Shown: one piece after another, positions 40,651 through 53,234 of the stretch
How the letters are laid out: every line of letters begins with the position of its first letter
How positions within the stretch are numbered: the first letter of the stretch is position 1
Assembly (NCBI RefSeq): GCF_006345805.1
Contig: NC_043002.1
Span: 46,376,001-46,440,000 of the forward strand
Length of the DNA stretch: 64,000 nucleotides
Origin: Octopus sinensis
Taxonomy: Eukaryota
Direction of reading: 5' to 3'
Position numbers and translations under genes: made by a program
The notes under the pieces: model-generated
What the model saw: only the letters and a program-made list of their open reading frames with translations
Databases searched by the model: none
Told to the model about the DNA's origin: nothing

Positions 40651-41207
40651 TGGTGATGATGATGTTATACAAACACTTTGTGTCATCTTCAGATGAACAC
40701 TACTTGTCTCTAGAATTTTTTCTCCTGCAATGATGCCCTTAGAAAGTCACTCCTCAATAGACTAGAGCAGTCAAAAGTTGGTCAATAAATGTCCAGGTAG
40801 GATGTGCAGTTTCCCACATCAGCATTTGACTTGCTATTTCTACCTACCTACCTACATACATACATACATGCATACACACACACAATTGGATTGCTGCCAA
40901 TATTAAGATTCCACATTTAAAAGTCATATCTTCAAAAAGTTACTACAGGGGTTAATTCTTTCATTGTTTCACATTTAAATTTGTTGATACTTCTCAAATA
41001 TTCAGTTTTATGATCCTCTGTAAATATAACTATGGCAGTCCTCTGTGCAATATCAGCAAGGAATCTATGCAAGCAGAAGTCCTGAATAAGGCTAAGCTGA
41101 AAGTATGAGTGTACAATGCCTCACAGACTTAGATGTTTTATATTCATGGTCACACCTTACTAGATCTCAGAAGTAACATGAACATCATGGATGGATATAT
41201 ATACATA

Positions 41208-41394
41208 GGCATAGGAGTGGGTGTGTGGTAAGTAGCTTTCTTACCAACCACATGGTTCTGGGTTCAGTCCCACTGTTTGGCACCTTGGGCAAGTGTCTTC
41301 TACTATAGCCTCGGGCCAACCAAAGCCTTGTGAGTGGATTTGGTAGACAGAAACTGAAAGAAGCCCATCGTATATATGTATGTATGTATGTATG

Positions 41395-41429
<35 letters not shown>

Positions 41430-41700
41430 TTGTGCCCCTAACATCGCTTGACAACCAATACTGGTGTGTTTACATCCCAAAATACTTATATATATATATA
41501 TATATACACACATATATACACACACATATATATATATACACACACATATATATACACACACACATGTACATTCATACCCACATATGCAGATGTGACTGGT
41601 TCCAGGTTCTTACAAAGAATAAGTCCTGAGGTCAATTTGCTTGACTAAAGTCAGTGCTCCAGCATGGCCACAGTCAAATGACTGAAACAAGTAAGAGAGT
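41208..41700 (+). mobile_element. SINE family A with a foreign internal segment
   Basis: Head, CORE-like domain and tail present; 41479-41609 copied from ~43515-43644. Confidence 0.88.
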
Positions 41701-41748
41701 AAAAGAGTATATATGAAAGCCAGGGTGTTACATTCTGTTACTTAACAA

Positions 41749-41940
41749 GGGAAAAAATGTATAGTAAATACACAAACGAAAAGTAAAAATTGTATAATGT
41801 ATACTGAGTGTACAAACGGACAGAAGACAGATGCAGAAGGCCCCTAATTCTTCATCAGTTATCAACCAGATGGTATTACTCAATATACATTATAATTTTT
41901 TTTACTTTTCATTTGTGTGTTTACTATACATTTTTCTCTT
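41749..41940. repeat. Foldback: ~60-bp inverted repeat, ~68-nt spacer
   Basis: gaaaaaatgtatagtaaatacacaaacgaaaag...tactgagt / actcaatatac...tgtgtgtttactatacatttttc. Confidence 0.85.
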
Positions 41941-41949
41941 CCTATATAT

Positions 41950-42250
41950 ATATAGTTAATCCAAACATGAAAACACAAAGAGAAAACACAACAACGCGAG
42001 GACGTGGAACAAGTATAGTATTATTGGACACTCAGGAAAGAAGGAGGATTTAACGTATCGAGTGGAGCTCTTCATCAGAAACATAGGAAAAGGAAAGATC
42101 CAAAGAAGGGAAGACAGAGGAAAAAAAAATCGCCAACAGTACACACGCGGTATATATATAGTCTCGCCCTCAGGTGATTGCAGGCAAACTCTCCAGTCAT
42201 ATTCTAAAGGGTGCACCAACTGATGAGTTGGGAGCAAACCACAGCAAAAC
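41950..42250. mobile_element. Possible Penelope-like terminal repeat fragment (similar at ~62560-62720)
   Basis: aacgtatcgagtggagctcttcatcagaaac and acgtttcgagcctacgctcttcgac motifs. Confidence 0.35.
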
Positions 42251-42446
42251 ATGTATTTAGAAAGATGTGGAACACTTCATCTTCCTACCAACATAAGAGT
42301 ACACTTAATACAGATGTCTCAGCATTTTTGCTTGAAAATTTTTGCTTTAATTGGGAGAAAACAGCCAGCTAGCAGCCACTGACTTGGAATGTTAAGATGC
42401 TAACACTACAAAAAAACTTGCTACACTTTAATTTATATCAGTTTAA

Positions 42447-42664
42447 TCCTTTAGCACTTAAACTAGTTACATCCTGCCCAAATATTGTACCTGTTTTATA
42501 TTCAAACTGGCTAGATCCAGCCTCTCAGACATACCCTACAATGTTATTCTAAAAATAAACAATCGCATCATCAAAATCTTGAAGCTATGATAATGTATGA
42601 TTAATTCAAAACAGTTTGAATAAACAAGCTTTACATTTGGCAGAGTAATCTGAATGCTAGAAGT
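42447..42664 (+). mobile_element. piggyBac-type (TTAA) MITE, decayed
   Basis: TTAA flanks; same internal sequence as 56063-56282. Confidence 0.75.
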
Positions 42665-42734
42665 TTAATAACAAATGTTCTACGTATTTGGTACCTGGGC
42701 AATGTCAATTATGTCCACTGGCATATATATATTG

Positions 42735-42915
42735 CCCATGCTGGTGCCACATAAAAAGCACCCAGTCCACTCTGTAAGGTCGTTGGCATCAGGAAGGGCA
42801 TCCAAACCATGCTGAAACAGTGAAGCTAGGAGTAGTCCTCTGGCTTGCCAGCTCCTATCAAGCCATCCAACCCATGCCAGCATGAAAAACAGACATTAAA
42901 CGATGATGACGATGT
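42735..42915 (+). mobile_element. RTE-tail-type short repeat ending in (GAT)n (relatives near 4850-5030, 43750-43950, 57190-57300)
   Basis: ggcatcaggaagggcatcc...ccaacccatgccagcatgaaaaacagacattaaacgatgatg. Confidence 0.6.
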
Positions 42916-42949
42916 TAATATACACATTCATACAAATAAATATCTTAAG

Positions 42950-43300
42950 CTTTTATTTTTTATTTGTTTCAGTTATTGGATTGTGGCCATGCTGGGTCAC
43001 CACCAGGAAGGATTTTAGTCAAGCAAATTGACTGCAGTACCTATTTTCTAAGTCTGGTACTTATTCTATGAGTCACTTTCACCAGACAACTAAGTTACTG
43101 AGATGTAAAGAAACCAACACCAATTGTGAAGTGGTAGTGATGATAGTGGATACCACAGACACAAAGACACACACACACATATACACAATGAGCTTCCATA
43201 GTTTCTGTCCACCAAATCCGCTCACAAAGTATTGGTTGGCCTGCAGCTATAGAAAGCACTTGCCCGAGGGGCTGTGGTTGCAAAGTGAGCTTCTTAACCA
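42950..43300 (-). mobile_element. SINE family A, decayed
   Basis: tttgtttcagttattggattgtggccatgctgg ... cacttgcccgagg. Confidence 0.75.
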
Positions 43301-44049
43301 TACAACCAAATATATATATATATCATATACAAATATATATATACAAATTTATATATGTGTATATAGATATGAATGCATCTATACATAAAAAGATAGATTA
43401 GCTTTTTACACACACACATTTTATACATATAAACATACATACACACACATATATACATTATCATACTTGGGAATGGTTTCAACACATGTTTTCACATCAA
43501 GAATCTTGCAAAACAAATACTTAAATATATATATATATACACATACACACATATATATATACACACATACATATATATACACATACATATATACACACAT
43601 GTACATTCATACCCACATATGCAGATGTGATTGGTTCCAGGTTCAGTCCCAGTGCATGGCACCTCGGGCAAGTATCTTCTACTGCAGCCCCAGCTGATCA
43701 AAGCTTTGTGAGAGGATTTGGTAGACGGAAACTGAAAGAAGCCCGTCGTACATGTATGTTGTGTGTGTTAGTGTCTCCTTGTCTTGACATCGCATGATAG
43801 TTGTAAAATAGTTGTCTCTCCTCATACAAGCTGGGTCACCTATTTCCAATAGGGAAATTATTACCTTGCTTGAAAATATGAGGGTATCAACCATAGAAAA
43901 TCTGGCTCTATGAATTCCATCTGATGGATGCGAGCATGAAAGAGTTGACATTAACACACACACACATACATATATATGTATGTAAATGTCAAATGATGAA
44001 AATGAGTGCCCAACACTGCATTGGTGGATAGAATTTCCTTATTTATAAA

Positions 44050-44238
44050 TTAAGGCTACCATTGGTTTCATGTTGAGAAAGATAGGAAAACATCGTAATA
44101 ATTTTTTAAGCCAATCACATGGAAGAATGGTGTTCGTTTCTGGAGACGAATACCATTCCTTCATGTGATTGGCTTGAAAAATTAAGATATTAAGCTATTT
44201 CCCTATCTTTCTTAACATGAAACCAATGGTAGCTTTAA
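44050..44238. repeat. Near-perfect ~190-bp palindrome (probable foldback MITE)
   Basis: ggctaccattggtttcatgttgagaaagatagg...gccaatcacatggaagaatggtgttcgt / acgaataccattccttcatgtgattggc...cctatctttcttaacatgaaaccaatggtagc; loop of a few nt. Confidence 0.9.
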
Positions 44239-44402
44239 ACCACAAATAAAGAAATTATATATGCACGCACACACATCTATATGTACGTGTGTATATGTGT
44301 GTGTGTACACACACAAACATACACGTACGCATGTGTATGTTTTATATGTATACACACACACACAGATATATAATACAAGCATACGATATATATAATACAA
44401 GC

Positions 44403-44441
<39 letters not shown>

Positions 44442-44471
44442 ATATATAATATATATATATATATAATATAT

Positions 44472-44564
<93 letters not shown>

Positions 44565-44849
44565 TGTAGAAAGTACATATTTATGTATTTAATATATTGA
44601 ATTTGTGTAAGCTTCTGAAGAAACATTCATGTATTGTTGCACACATGACGACTGTACCAAAATAACCAGAAAATTAGAAAAAAATAAACTGTCTTATATT
44701 AACTCTTTTACATTTCATCTTCTTTTCCTATTATATGCACAAATTCATAGAAGATGTAATGTTTACATTTATTTTAGTCAGCATATAAAAAAAAAAAACA
44801 ATTTGAAAAATTATAAAGTAAGGAACTGGTATCTCATAAAATATCTATA

Positions 44850-45639
44850 AGTAAGTACAGTCAGTATTAAATTAGAGACAACTACCATCGAAACAACGAA
44901 AGTATGTGGCCTGTAATCAACTACAGAAACATGATTCCTTCATATTGATTGCTAAAACTGATCTACGGGCCGGGCTCCACTACTAGTATCATCATAAAGC
45001 CTATCTGCTCCTGCTAAGCTAGTTGCAAGCCTTCACCTCTCGTCGCCAACTACTCAATAAATAAATAAATAAATATATACATAAACACGATAGTCACCTT
45101 CCCTTTACTTTCAACAATTTAGTTTGTATTTCTCTGCTCACTAATGTAGTTACACACACTCTCTCTCTTCACTTTCTGTCTCTCCATTCTTCTCTCTCTC
45201 TCCACTCTTTCTCTCTCTACTCTTTCTCTACTACTTTATGATCTGCGACTGCTAGACAGCTTCGTAGACTTCCACCTCTTTTTCTCTCTATCTCTCACCT
45301 TTCATATATTTTTTGCTTGTTTCGCCTTACCCTCCCGAACACATTTTCTTGTCTTTACTCTGCTCTTTCTATCTCTAAAGAAGTCTTCTATTTTCTTTCC
45401 ACCCATTACGCTCGCAATCTCCTCTTTGATCACCTTTAGTTACCATCTCCAGACTTCGGCCTTTTCTTGCCGTCTAACTACTTGATGTCAAATTTCCAGT
45501 TTAGTGACAGAATTTTGATTTCTGCCAGTGACAAGTCTTTGACTAACAGATTCAGCTCAGAAAAAAAAAATCTTTCAAACATCTGCAAACCCTGATGACT
45601 ACCTTCGTCAAACACTATTTGACAACAACAATTGTAACA
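44850..45639 (-). mobile_element. LTR plus intact PBS plus short internal leader of a Gypsy-type element
   Basis: TGGCGACGAG at 45048-45039 (complementary to a tRNA-Ser(GCU) 3' end); putative LTR 45639-45051 starts TGTTAC but ends TA. Confidence 0.5.
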
Positions 45640-47300
45640 GCTTTACCGTTTTCTTAATGATTAATATTCATCAGCACGATAATAATCATGACCATAGCCA
45701 ATCAAATATTTTGCCTAATTGGAATATGCACTTATACGGCTTATCAAAATTGCCAGTTACTCTTGGGTTAACATAAATGCAGTCAGACGTATTTAGTGTA
45801 CTAGCAGATATATGCAAATAATCTCTTCCTTTGAGCTTTCTCCTTCCCTCTCTGCTTTTTTTTTTTTCGTCTACGTATCCGTACATGAAAACACGCATAT
45901 ATCGTTTTTATAAGCTTCGAGTAACCATCAGAATAAATGCTTCTATATAGGTGTCATACATTTGTTTTTCAGTTAAAATTGCATTGGAGTCAACTTTGTT
46001 TTCATCCCTGTATAAGAATATAAAACAATTGTGACGACCCCCTGATCTTAATCATTTACAGTGCATTATTTATTTTTTATGATGCTCTTACTTTTTTTAA
46101 TGTATTATTTTCTTCCTAGCGTATCATTTTAAATTCATGAACACATAACGTACCTTCTTGACTGCCTAAGAAGTTCTAGAGGCAAAGTGAGGTTTCAAAG
46201 GCACTTCTGGAATCCCCCCCCCCCATTTTAATTAACAGGCATGATAAACCAGAAATAAATTTGCATCCCGGAGGTGAGGAAGACCCATATTCATTTTAGT
46301 CCCGCCTTGCTATCGTCCCTTATCTTTCAACACATTAAACAAAATAGGTCTAAGAAAGGTGGCGTGGTGACCTTTTGGAAAGATATCAACATTTCAAATT
46401 CTATTTAAACTTCTAAAAATTTTGGGGCACACCTGGAGAAAATATGAATCCTTACCATGTATCCACCTTAGTATACGAAGTATAAAGGCAAGCTACGTCT
46501 GGAAATGTTTATACTACTATAGACTTGTAGATGCGGGCTTATGCTTGAAATTAAGCTTGAATAGAGAGAAGGAAAAAGCTTAAAGTAGGCATTATATTCT
46601 TTGATTAATTTAAGATTAGCCCTTCATTTTATTACTGTAATATATGCGTGTACACAACACAAACGCACAATGCAAGCTGTTAATTGTTATTTTGGAAGGA
46701 ATCCTTTACAACATTAATAACTAGGGGATAATACAAGTATATACACAACTTCAAATGTGTTTGTGTGTGTGTGTATGTATGTATGTGCGCGCGCACACGT
46801 GTGTGACAATCTTTCGATATAAGTGGGTAACGTCATTCACGCACGTAGCGTTCCCTCATGACATAGTTAAAGACGATAGGCTGAAAAAGAGAGTTAATGA
46901 CGTTGTCTACTAATAATGAAAGATTGGCTATATGTATGTATGCATATATCTCGAGTGTCTTTGTGTCTCTGTTTGTGCCCCCCCCCCCGTCCATTACCAC
47001 TTGACAGCCGGTGTTATAGTGTTTACGTTCCTGTAATCTAGTGGTTCAACAAAAACGACCGATACAATAAGTACTAGGGTCAATTTGTTCAACTAAAACC
47101 CTTCAGGGTGGAGCTCCATCATGGTTGCAGTCAAATGACAAACAACAGAGAATAAAAGAATATATGTATGTGTACATTTATATATACAGGTATATATGAA
47201 TATATGTCTGTGTGTGTGTTTATGTTTATGTACGTGTATATAAATGAGTGTGTATATGTATATATATATACACACATATATATATATAGAGAGAGAAAGA

Positions 47301-47461
47301 GGCGCAGGAGTGGCTGTGTGGTAAGTAGCTTGCTTACCAACCACATGGTACTGGGTTCCGTCCCTCTGTGTGGCACCTTCTGCAAGTGTCTTCTACTATA
47401 GCTCAGGCCGATCAAAGCTTTGGGAGTGGATTTGGTAGACGGAAACTGAAAGAAGCCCATC

Positions 47462-47517
<56 letters not shown>

Positions 47518-47680
47518 TATGTTTGACAACCGATGCTGGAGTGTTCGTGTCCCTGTAACTTGACAGTTCGGCAAAATAGACCGATAGAATTAGTACTAGG
47601 TTTACTGGGGTCAATTTGCTCAACTAAAGGCAGTGCTCCAGCATGGTTGCAGTCAAATGACTGAAACAAGTAAAAGAATC
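47301..47680 (+). mobile_element. SINE family A, near full length
   Basis: ggcgcaggagtggctgtgtggtaagtagc...cagtcaaatgactgaaacaagtaaaag; another 3' half at ~46960-47160. Confidence 0.9.
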
Positions 47681-47829
47681 GAAGAATATATATATATATA
47701 ATATATATTATATATATTATATATATATATCATCATCGTTTAGCGTCCGCTTTCCATGCTAGCATGGGTTATATATATATATATATATGTGTATAAATAT
47801 CTATGTGTTTGTAAATATACATATATTAA

Positions 47830-48040
47830 CATATATATTCTTTTATTCTTTTATTTGTTTCAGTCAGCTGATGGTGGCAATGCCGCAGCACCACCTTATA
47901 ATCGAAGAAAGCAACACCACAACTTCTATATAAGCCTAGTACTTGTTCTACCGGCGTCTTTCACAAAACTGCGAAGTTCCAGGGATGTAAACACACCAAC
48001 ATCGGTTGGTCAGGCGATGGTGGTGGGGACAAAATCAGGC
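47830..48040 (-). mobile_element. SINE family A, 3' half
   Basis: tttgtttcagtcagctgatg...aaacacaccaacatcggttg. Confidence 0.8.
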
Positions 48041-48086
48041 ACATAAATATATATATATATATCTTATATGTATGGATAAGTATATA

Positions 48087-48130
<44 letters not shown>

Positions 48131-48167
48131 ATATATATATATTAATATATATATGTGTATATGCATA

Positions 48168-48208
<41 letters not shown>

Positions 48209-48281
48209 TATATATATGTGTATATGCATAATATATATATAATATATATACATGTATGTATATGCATATGTATATATGAAT

Positions 48282-48314
<33 letters not shown>

Positions 48315-48336
48315 GTATATGCATATATATATATAT

Positions 48337-48609
48337 CACGTGACTGACCAGACCATCAGATGTTGTTACACATCGCTGGTCACAATGCATTTGCATTGTT
48401 TTAGCCTTCGAATGACGCCACCCCCCTGGCTAAGCGAGCAGGCCAACAGAAGAAAGAGTGGTGAAAGAGTACACCAGGGATCACCAACCCCTGCTAGAGC
48501 GTCGTGGAGCTTTTAGGCTCAATAAACACTCACAACGCCCGGTCTGGGAATCGAAACCACGATCCTGCGACCGCGAGTCCGCTGCTCTAACCACTGGGCC
48601 ATTGCGCCT

Positions 48610-48611
<2 letters not shown>
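48337..48611 (-). mobile_element. tRNA-derived SINE (family C)
   Basis: A-box TGGCCCAGTGG and B-box GGTTTCGATTCC followed by a non-tRNA body. Confidence 0.85.
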
Positions 48612-48654
<43 letters not shown>

Positions 48655-50769
48655 TATATATAAATATATATATATGTATGTATACACAAATGTATATGCA
48701 TATATATATATGTATGTATATGCATATATATACATATATATGTTGTATGTATATATGAAATCACAGTGAGCTATTGTCAAATATCCTGAAGCTTTAGCTA
48801 TTGAAGTAAGTTGGAAGGTTTTATTTGCAATATTTTCTCCATATCTGTAGCATGAATAGAAACAAAAATCTCTTAGGACACAAAATGAAAATGCAAAAAG
48901 TCTGGTGCATGTATATGTATGCAAGTATATGCACCAGTTTAGTTTGACAATATAGTAAACAAATTTAGAAAATTATCAAGCATTCATATGGATGATTTTT
49001 TTTATTGAATATTCTTTCTTATTTTTTCAAGAAAGTGAAAGACAATGCAAAATCCAAGTTCCTTTTATTTTCATCTAAGCAAATTACTCTCAGCTAAAAT
49101 TTTAACTAATAGAAATAAAATCTGTCAACTGACCAAACAAGTGTAAATTTAGCTTTCCTTAATTGTCAAGATCCAATAGAGCAAAACATATCTGCAGCAG
49201 TCACCTTGTGATTTTCATCAAAGCATGTGAATTAATTTGATGGAAAAGATTAATTTCTTGAAATTATCTTGCCATGTTTTGTTGTTTTAAGAGTTACTAA
49301 CAGCACTAGATTTTTATTTTCTTCCTCCAACTCAGATATAAATGTCAAATAACTGAGAATTTTTTGCTTCCATCATGACTCTATAATTGTGTCCTGTAGG
49401 TATTAGTTTGATTCCTATGCACAATGCCACCAAATTAATTTAAAGTCAGAAATCCAAATCCACCCTTATTTGATTGCCTCATTGTACAAAACTCATTACT
49501 CAACTTCTGTATTTTTCAGTAGTTTCTCATATCCCCTTCTCTAGATAAGCATCAATTTTAATATTTTTAGGGAGAAGCTAAAGTGGAATAATTGTGACAT
49601 TGGTCACATGAGAGAAACAGTTACAACTAAGATTCAAAAATGTGCTAGAGATTTAATTTCTGTTCTACAGTGCTTGCATATATTTAGTTTACCTAACTGA
49701 AGAATGGGTAACATTTGTGAAGAATAGGTGCAAAATCTAATCCATCTGTATGCATGTGTGCATGTAAGCAATTTGTCATTTTTACAGAAGCAAGAGCTGT
49801 GAAATTGATATTTGCCAGTAACAAGTTTAAAACCTGCTATTGTTTGATTCAAATCCTGTCAAAATCAATTTAGCCTTTCATCCATCTGGGATTGATAAAA
49901 TAGATATTAGGCTGACTAATATAAAGCAGATGCAGTTGTAGGAGTGGGGATGTTCAAGTGATTAGGTGATACCTTGATGTAGGGGCTTTGAACTGAAATC
50001 ATTTGCTACAGATTAACATCTTATCCAAAGAAGACATTCCTGTCTTTCCATCATTTAACCCTTTTAATACCAACCCACCTAAGACCATCTATACTAAAGT
50101 ATTCATATTTAAATTAAAAAATTTCAATCAAAATCTCATTATAACTTGAATAATATTATGTCATTACAGCTGGAGAATAACACTAACATAATTTACACAA
50201 ATATATAAAGTTAACAAGTATTTTACTAAACCTCTCCCCATGTTAATTATGTTGTAAATTAATTGAAACACAGGCAGCTTACTCATTAGAAATGTAGTCA
50301 CAAAAGTGTTAAAGCTATAAAGCTGTGCACAAATTATAACTTTAAGAGCAGTTCCTCGCTCATAGAAGTAAATGAAAAAAACAGAAGGAGAGAGGAGGAG
50401 GGAGATGTTAGCACACATACACATACGTACCTATTGAATCATTAAATGGAAGATGTTTCAATATACATACATATTTGTAGAACAGAAAATGAAACAGAAA
50501 ATTAGTGAAGGTAGAACTGACATTCTTTGGTTCACAATAATAAACTGTATTTAATGTTTTAAAATGATAGTCTAATAGCTATTTCTCATTTACATTTAAG
50601 TTCAACAATCTTAAAGGGGGGTAGTGGTTAGTTGATTACATCAGCCACAGTATTTGACTGTTATTTTATTTTACCAAAATCAGATGGATGAAAAGCAAAG
50701 TTAACTTTGACAGGATTTGAACTCAGAATGTAAAGAGCCACAAATACAGCAAAGCATTTTTTTTTATCT

Positions 50770-52480
50770 CTATATACTCTAAGAATTTTCTCCCAATCCA
50801 CAACCCTTATGGTGTGTCTTTCTCTGTAAGTCTGCAGTGAGCCTCCATGTCTCACATGCATACATGGTGAAAAATATCAGTACGTACAAGAAATTAATCT
50901 TGGTCTTCATGATGATGTTTCTATCCTCCGTATTGGTTTGGTTGGTTTGGTTAGTGCAATCACAGTCTCTGGAGTTCTTGTAAGGATTTCTACTATTGAT
51001 ACTGTATCATTAATGATTGCCTTCAGCACTAATCTCTCCCTAACCGCACAAGTGTACATGTACACACCACATAAAAGAAATTAATATGTTCACAAAAAAT
51101 TAATGTCTGACAAAAAGTTAGTTGCCTAAAATAGTGTAAGAAATTAATATTAATTGAATACTCAATGGACACATACTTTAGTCATGAAAAACATTTACAC
51201 AATGTAATGTTTTTGAGTACACAGACAATAAGAAGGAACATTAGAACAACCCATCCACCCACATAGACAGATATCTGTGCCATCTCTAGTTTTTGTCCTT
51301 AGACAGAGATTGCTTGCTGTGATGACACCATTAGCATTTATCATGTATTTGGTTTTTCAGCACTAACTTTCATTCCAAGCTTAGTGGAGGCTCTGTCAAG
51401 TTGAATGTCTAAGTCTACTGATTCATCTCTTCTTTTCAATTGATGAATGCCATCAGCAAATCTTTGATGATAACTACTTTTAAGGTCTTTCAGGACATTG
51501 CTTAAGATCTGCACTAAGACAACATTGAAGAGAGTGCAGACCAAAATGTAACCCTGACAGACTTCCATTGGTGACATGGAACCACCCCACAATGTGACCT
51601 TGTGTGAGTACTACACGGGTTGCCTAGATATAAAGATGTTGGAACAAATGAGTCAGCTTTTTCCCCACCATGAAATCCTTCATAGTGGCTCATAAAGCAT
51701 CATGTCAGATTCTATCAAATGCCTTCCTGAAGTCTATGAAGTCATAACTCTCTTCAGTACTGAATGTACTCCTTGCAAAGGTAGCAAAGGTTGAAGATCT
51801 GCTCTATAGAGCTACAGCATTTGTAGAAGCCAGCTTGTTCTTTGATAATATTTTCTACTGAAGTTTCAGTCTATTCAGAATGTCTCTAAATCTTACCTTG
51901 CTTGTATGACTAATCTTGATGGTATGATAATTTTGGCATAATTGAAGACTGCCTTTCTTGGGGAGTACTATGGTCAGTGACTGGGTCAAATGTGTTGGCC
52001 ACTCATCAGCCTGCTACATCTTATTACAGCAGATTGTAAGGATGTCTATTGTAGCCTCTCATCTGTACTTTAGCAGTTTAGCTGGGATGTTTTTAACTCC
52101 TATTAACTTCCCAACTTTCAGCAATGCTACAGTAGCTTTGACTTCTTATAGTGTGATTGAGTAAATCTCTGTTTGAAAATTACACTACATTCAACAGTTC
52201 AGATTTGTGATGGCTTTCTCTAAAATTTCACTTGTATTCATTAAGGCAATGTTTAACTTGTTTATAGTAGTCTCAAAATTATTTTCAAGAAGAGTGGTGA
52301 TACAAATTTCCCTCTAAGTATTGTTAATTGAAATTCTTCACATATTAGTTGTACTTTTTTTGAAGTCTAATGAGTCAAATCCCAGACAGTTACTTTAGAC
52401 TAGTTGATTCTCCTAAAGTGTAATTTAAAGATTGTCCTGATATTGTCATGTTCACAACCGACATCTGCTCTTGAGAATGT
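50770..52480 (-). mobile_element. Decayed RTE-1/BovB-like LINE
   Basis: DFIDFRKAFDRI; CQGYIL..TLFN; RFADGI; LDRASTKLGMKVSAEK; MYACETWRLTADLQRK. Confidence 0.85.
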
Positions 52481-53013
52481 CCTCACCTTTTGCTTTGTTT
52501 ACTCTATTTTTGTACCAACTTTCTATTAAAATATAATAACTCTAGTGACACAATCTGTTGGGTTAAGTTAGGTCCATACATAGGCTAGTTTATGCTTACA
52601 AAGGCTATTTGAAAAAAACACAGTCTGTTATAACTGGCAAACTCCAGTAGATGCAGTTCCTCCTCACAAGAGGTACAATTGCACAAAGACAGTAAAATCA
52701 ATCAGCTCACTCATCTTCTACTTCCCTATCCACTTTGGCATTTCAGTCACCCTGTATGATGAGTGTCTTTCTTGACTGTCTTGTTAATGATGTTTTCACC
52801 CCCAAAAAGATGAAAGGCATTGCTGCCCTCGGCAGAATTTGTACTTGGAATGTAAAGATACCTGATGTGCTAATGATTCTGCCAGCTTGCCACGTTAATG
52901 TTCTCTAATACTGATATGAGTTTGTTAGTATAATTCTTTAATTCTGTAAGTTTGAGACTTAGTTGGACAAAATTTGAAATTGTATGGTCCTTTGTTTGAG
53001 TCTTTAGATTTAA

Positions 53014-53234
53014 CCCTTTCGTTACTGTATTTATTTTGAGATGCTTTGTGTTTCTTCCAATTATTTTAAATATAACAAAGAATTTAGTAAATTAACATCG
53101 TTATCATTAAGCTAGTGTTAGGAACATAAATCGTGACTAAGATTTGGTGGAAGATTTTAATTCAAAACTTATTAAAACAAGACATTTATACTAAAGAGCC
53201 AGAGCTGGTTTCAGCCGGGTCGGTAACGAAAGGG
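53014..53234. mobile_element. piggyBac-type MITE (second family)
   Basis: TTAA|ccctttcgttac ... gtaacgaaaggg|TTAA. Confidence 0.93.

Noticed and set aside
48530-48611. tRNA gene (also SINE heads at 38531, 41208, 47301)
   Set aside because: A and B boxes are present but there is no complete cloverleaf or acceptor stem, and each continues into a SINE body.
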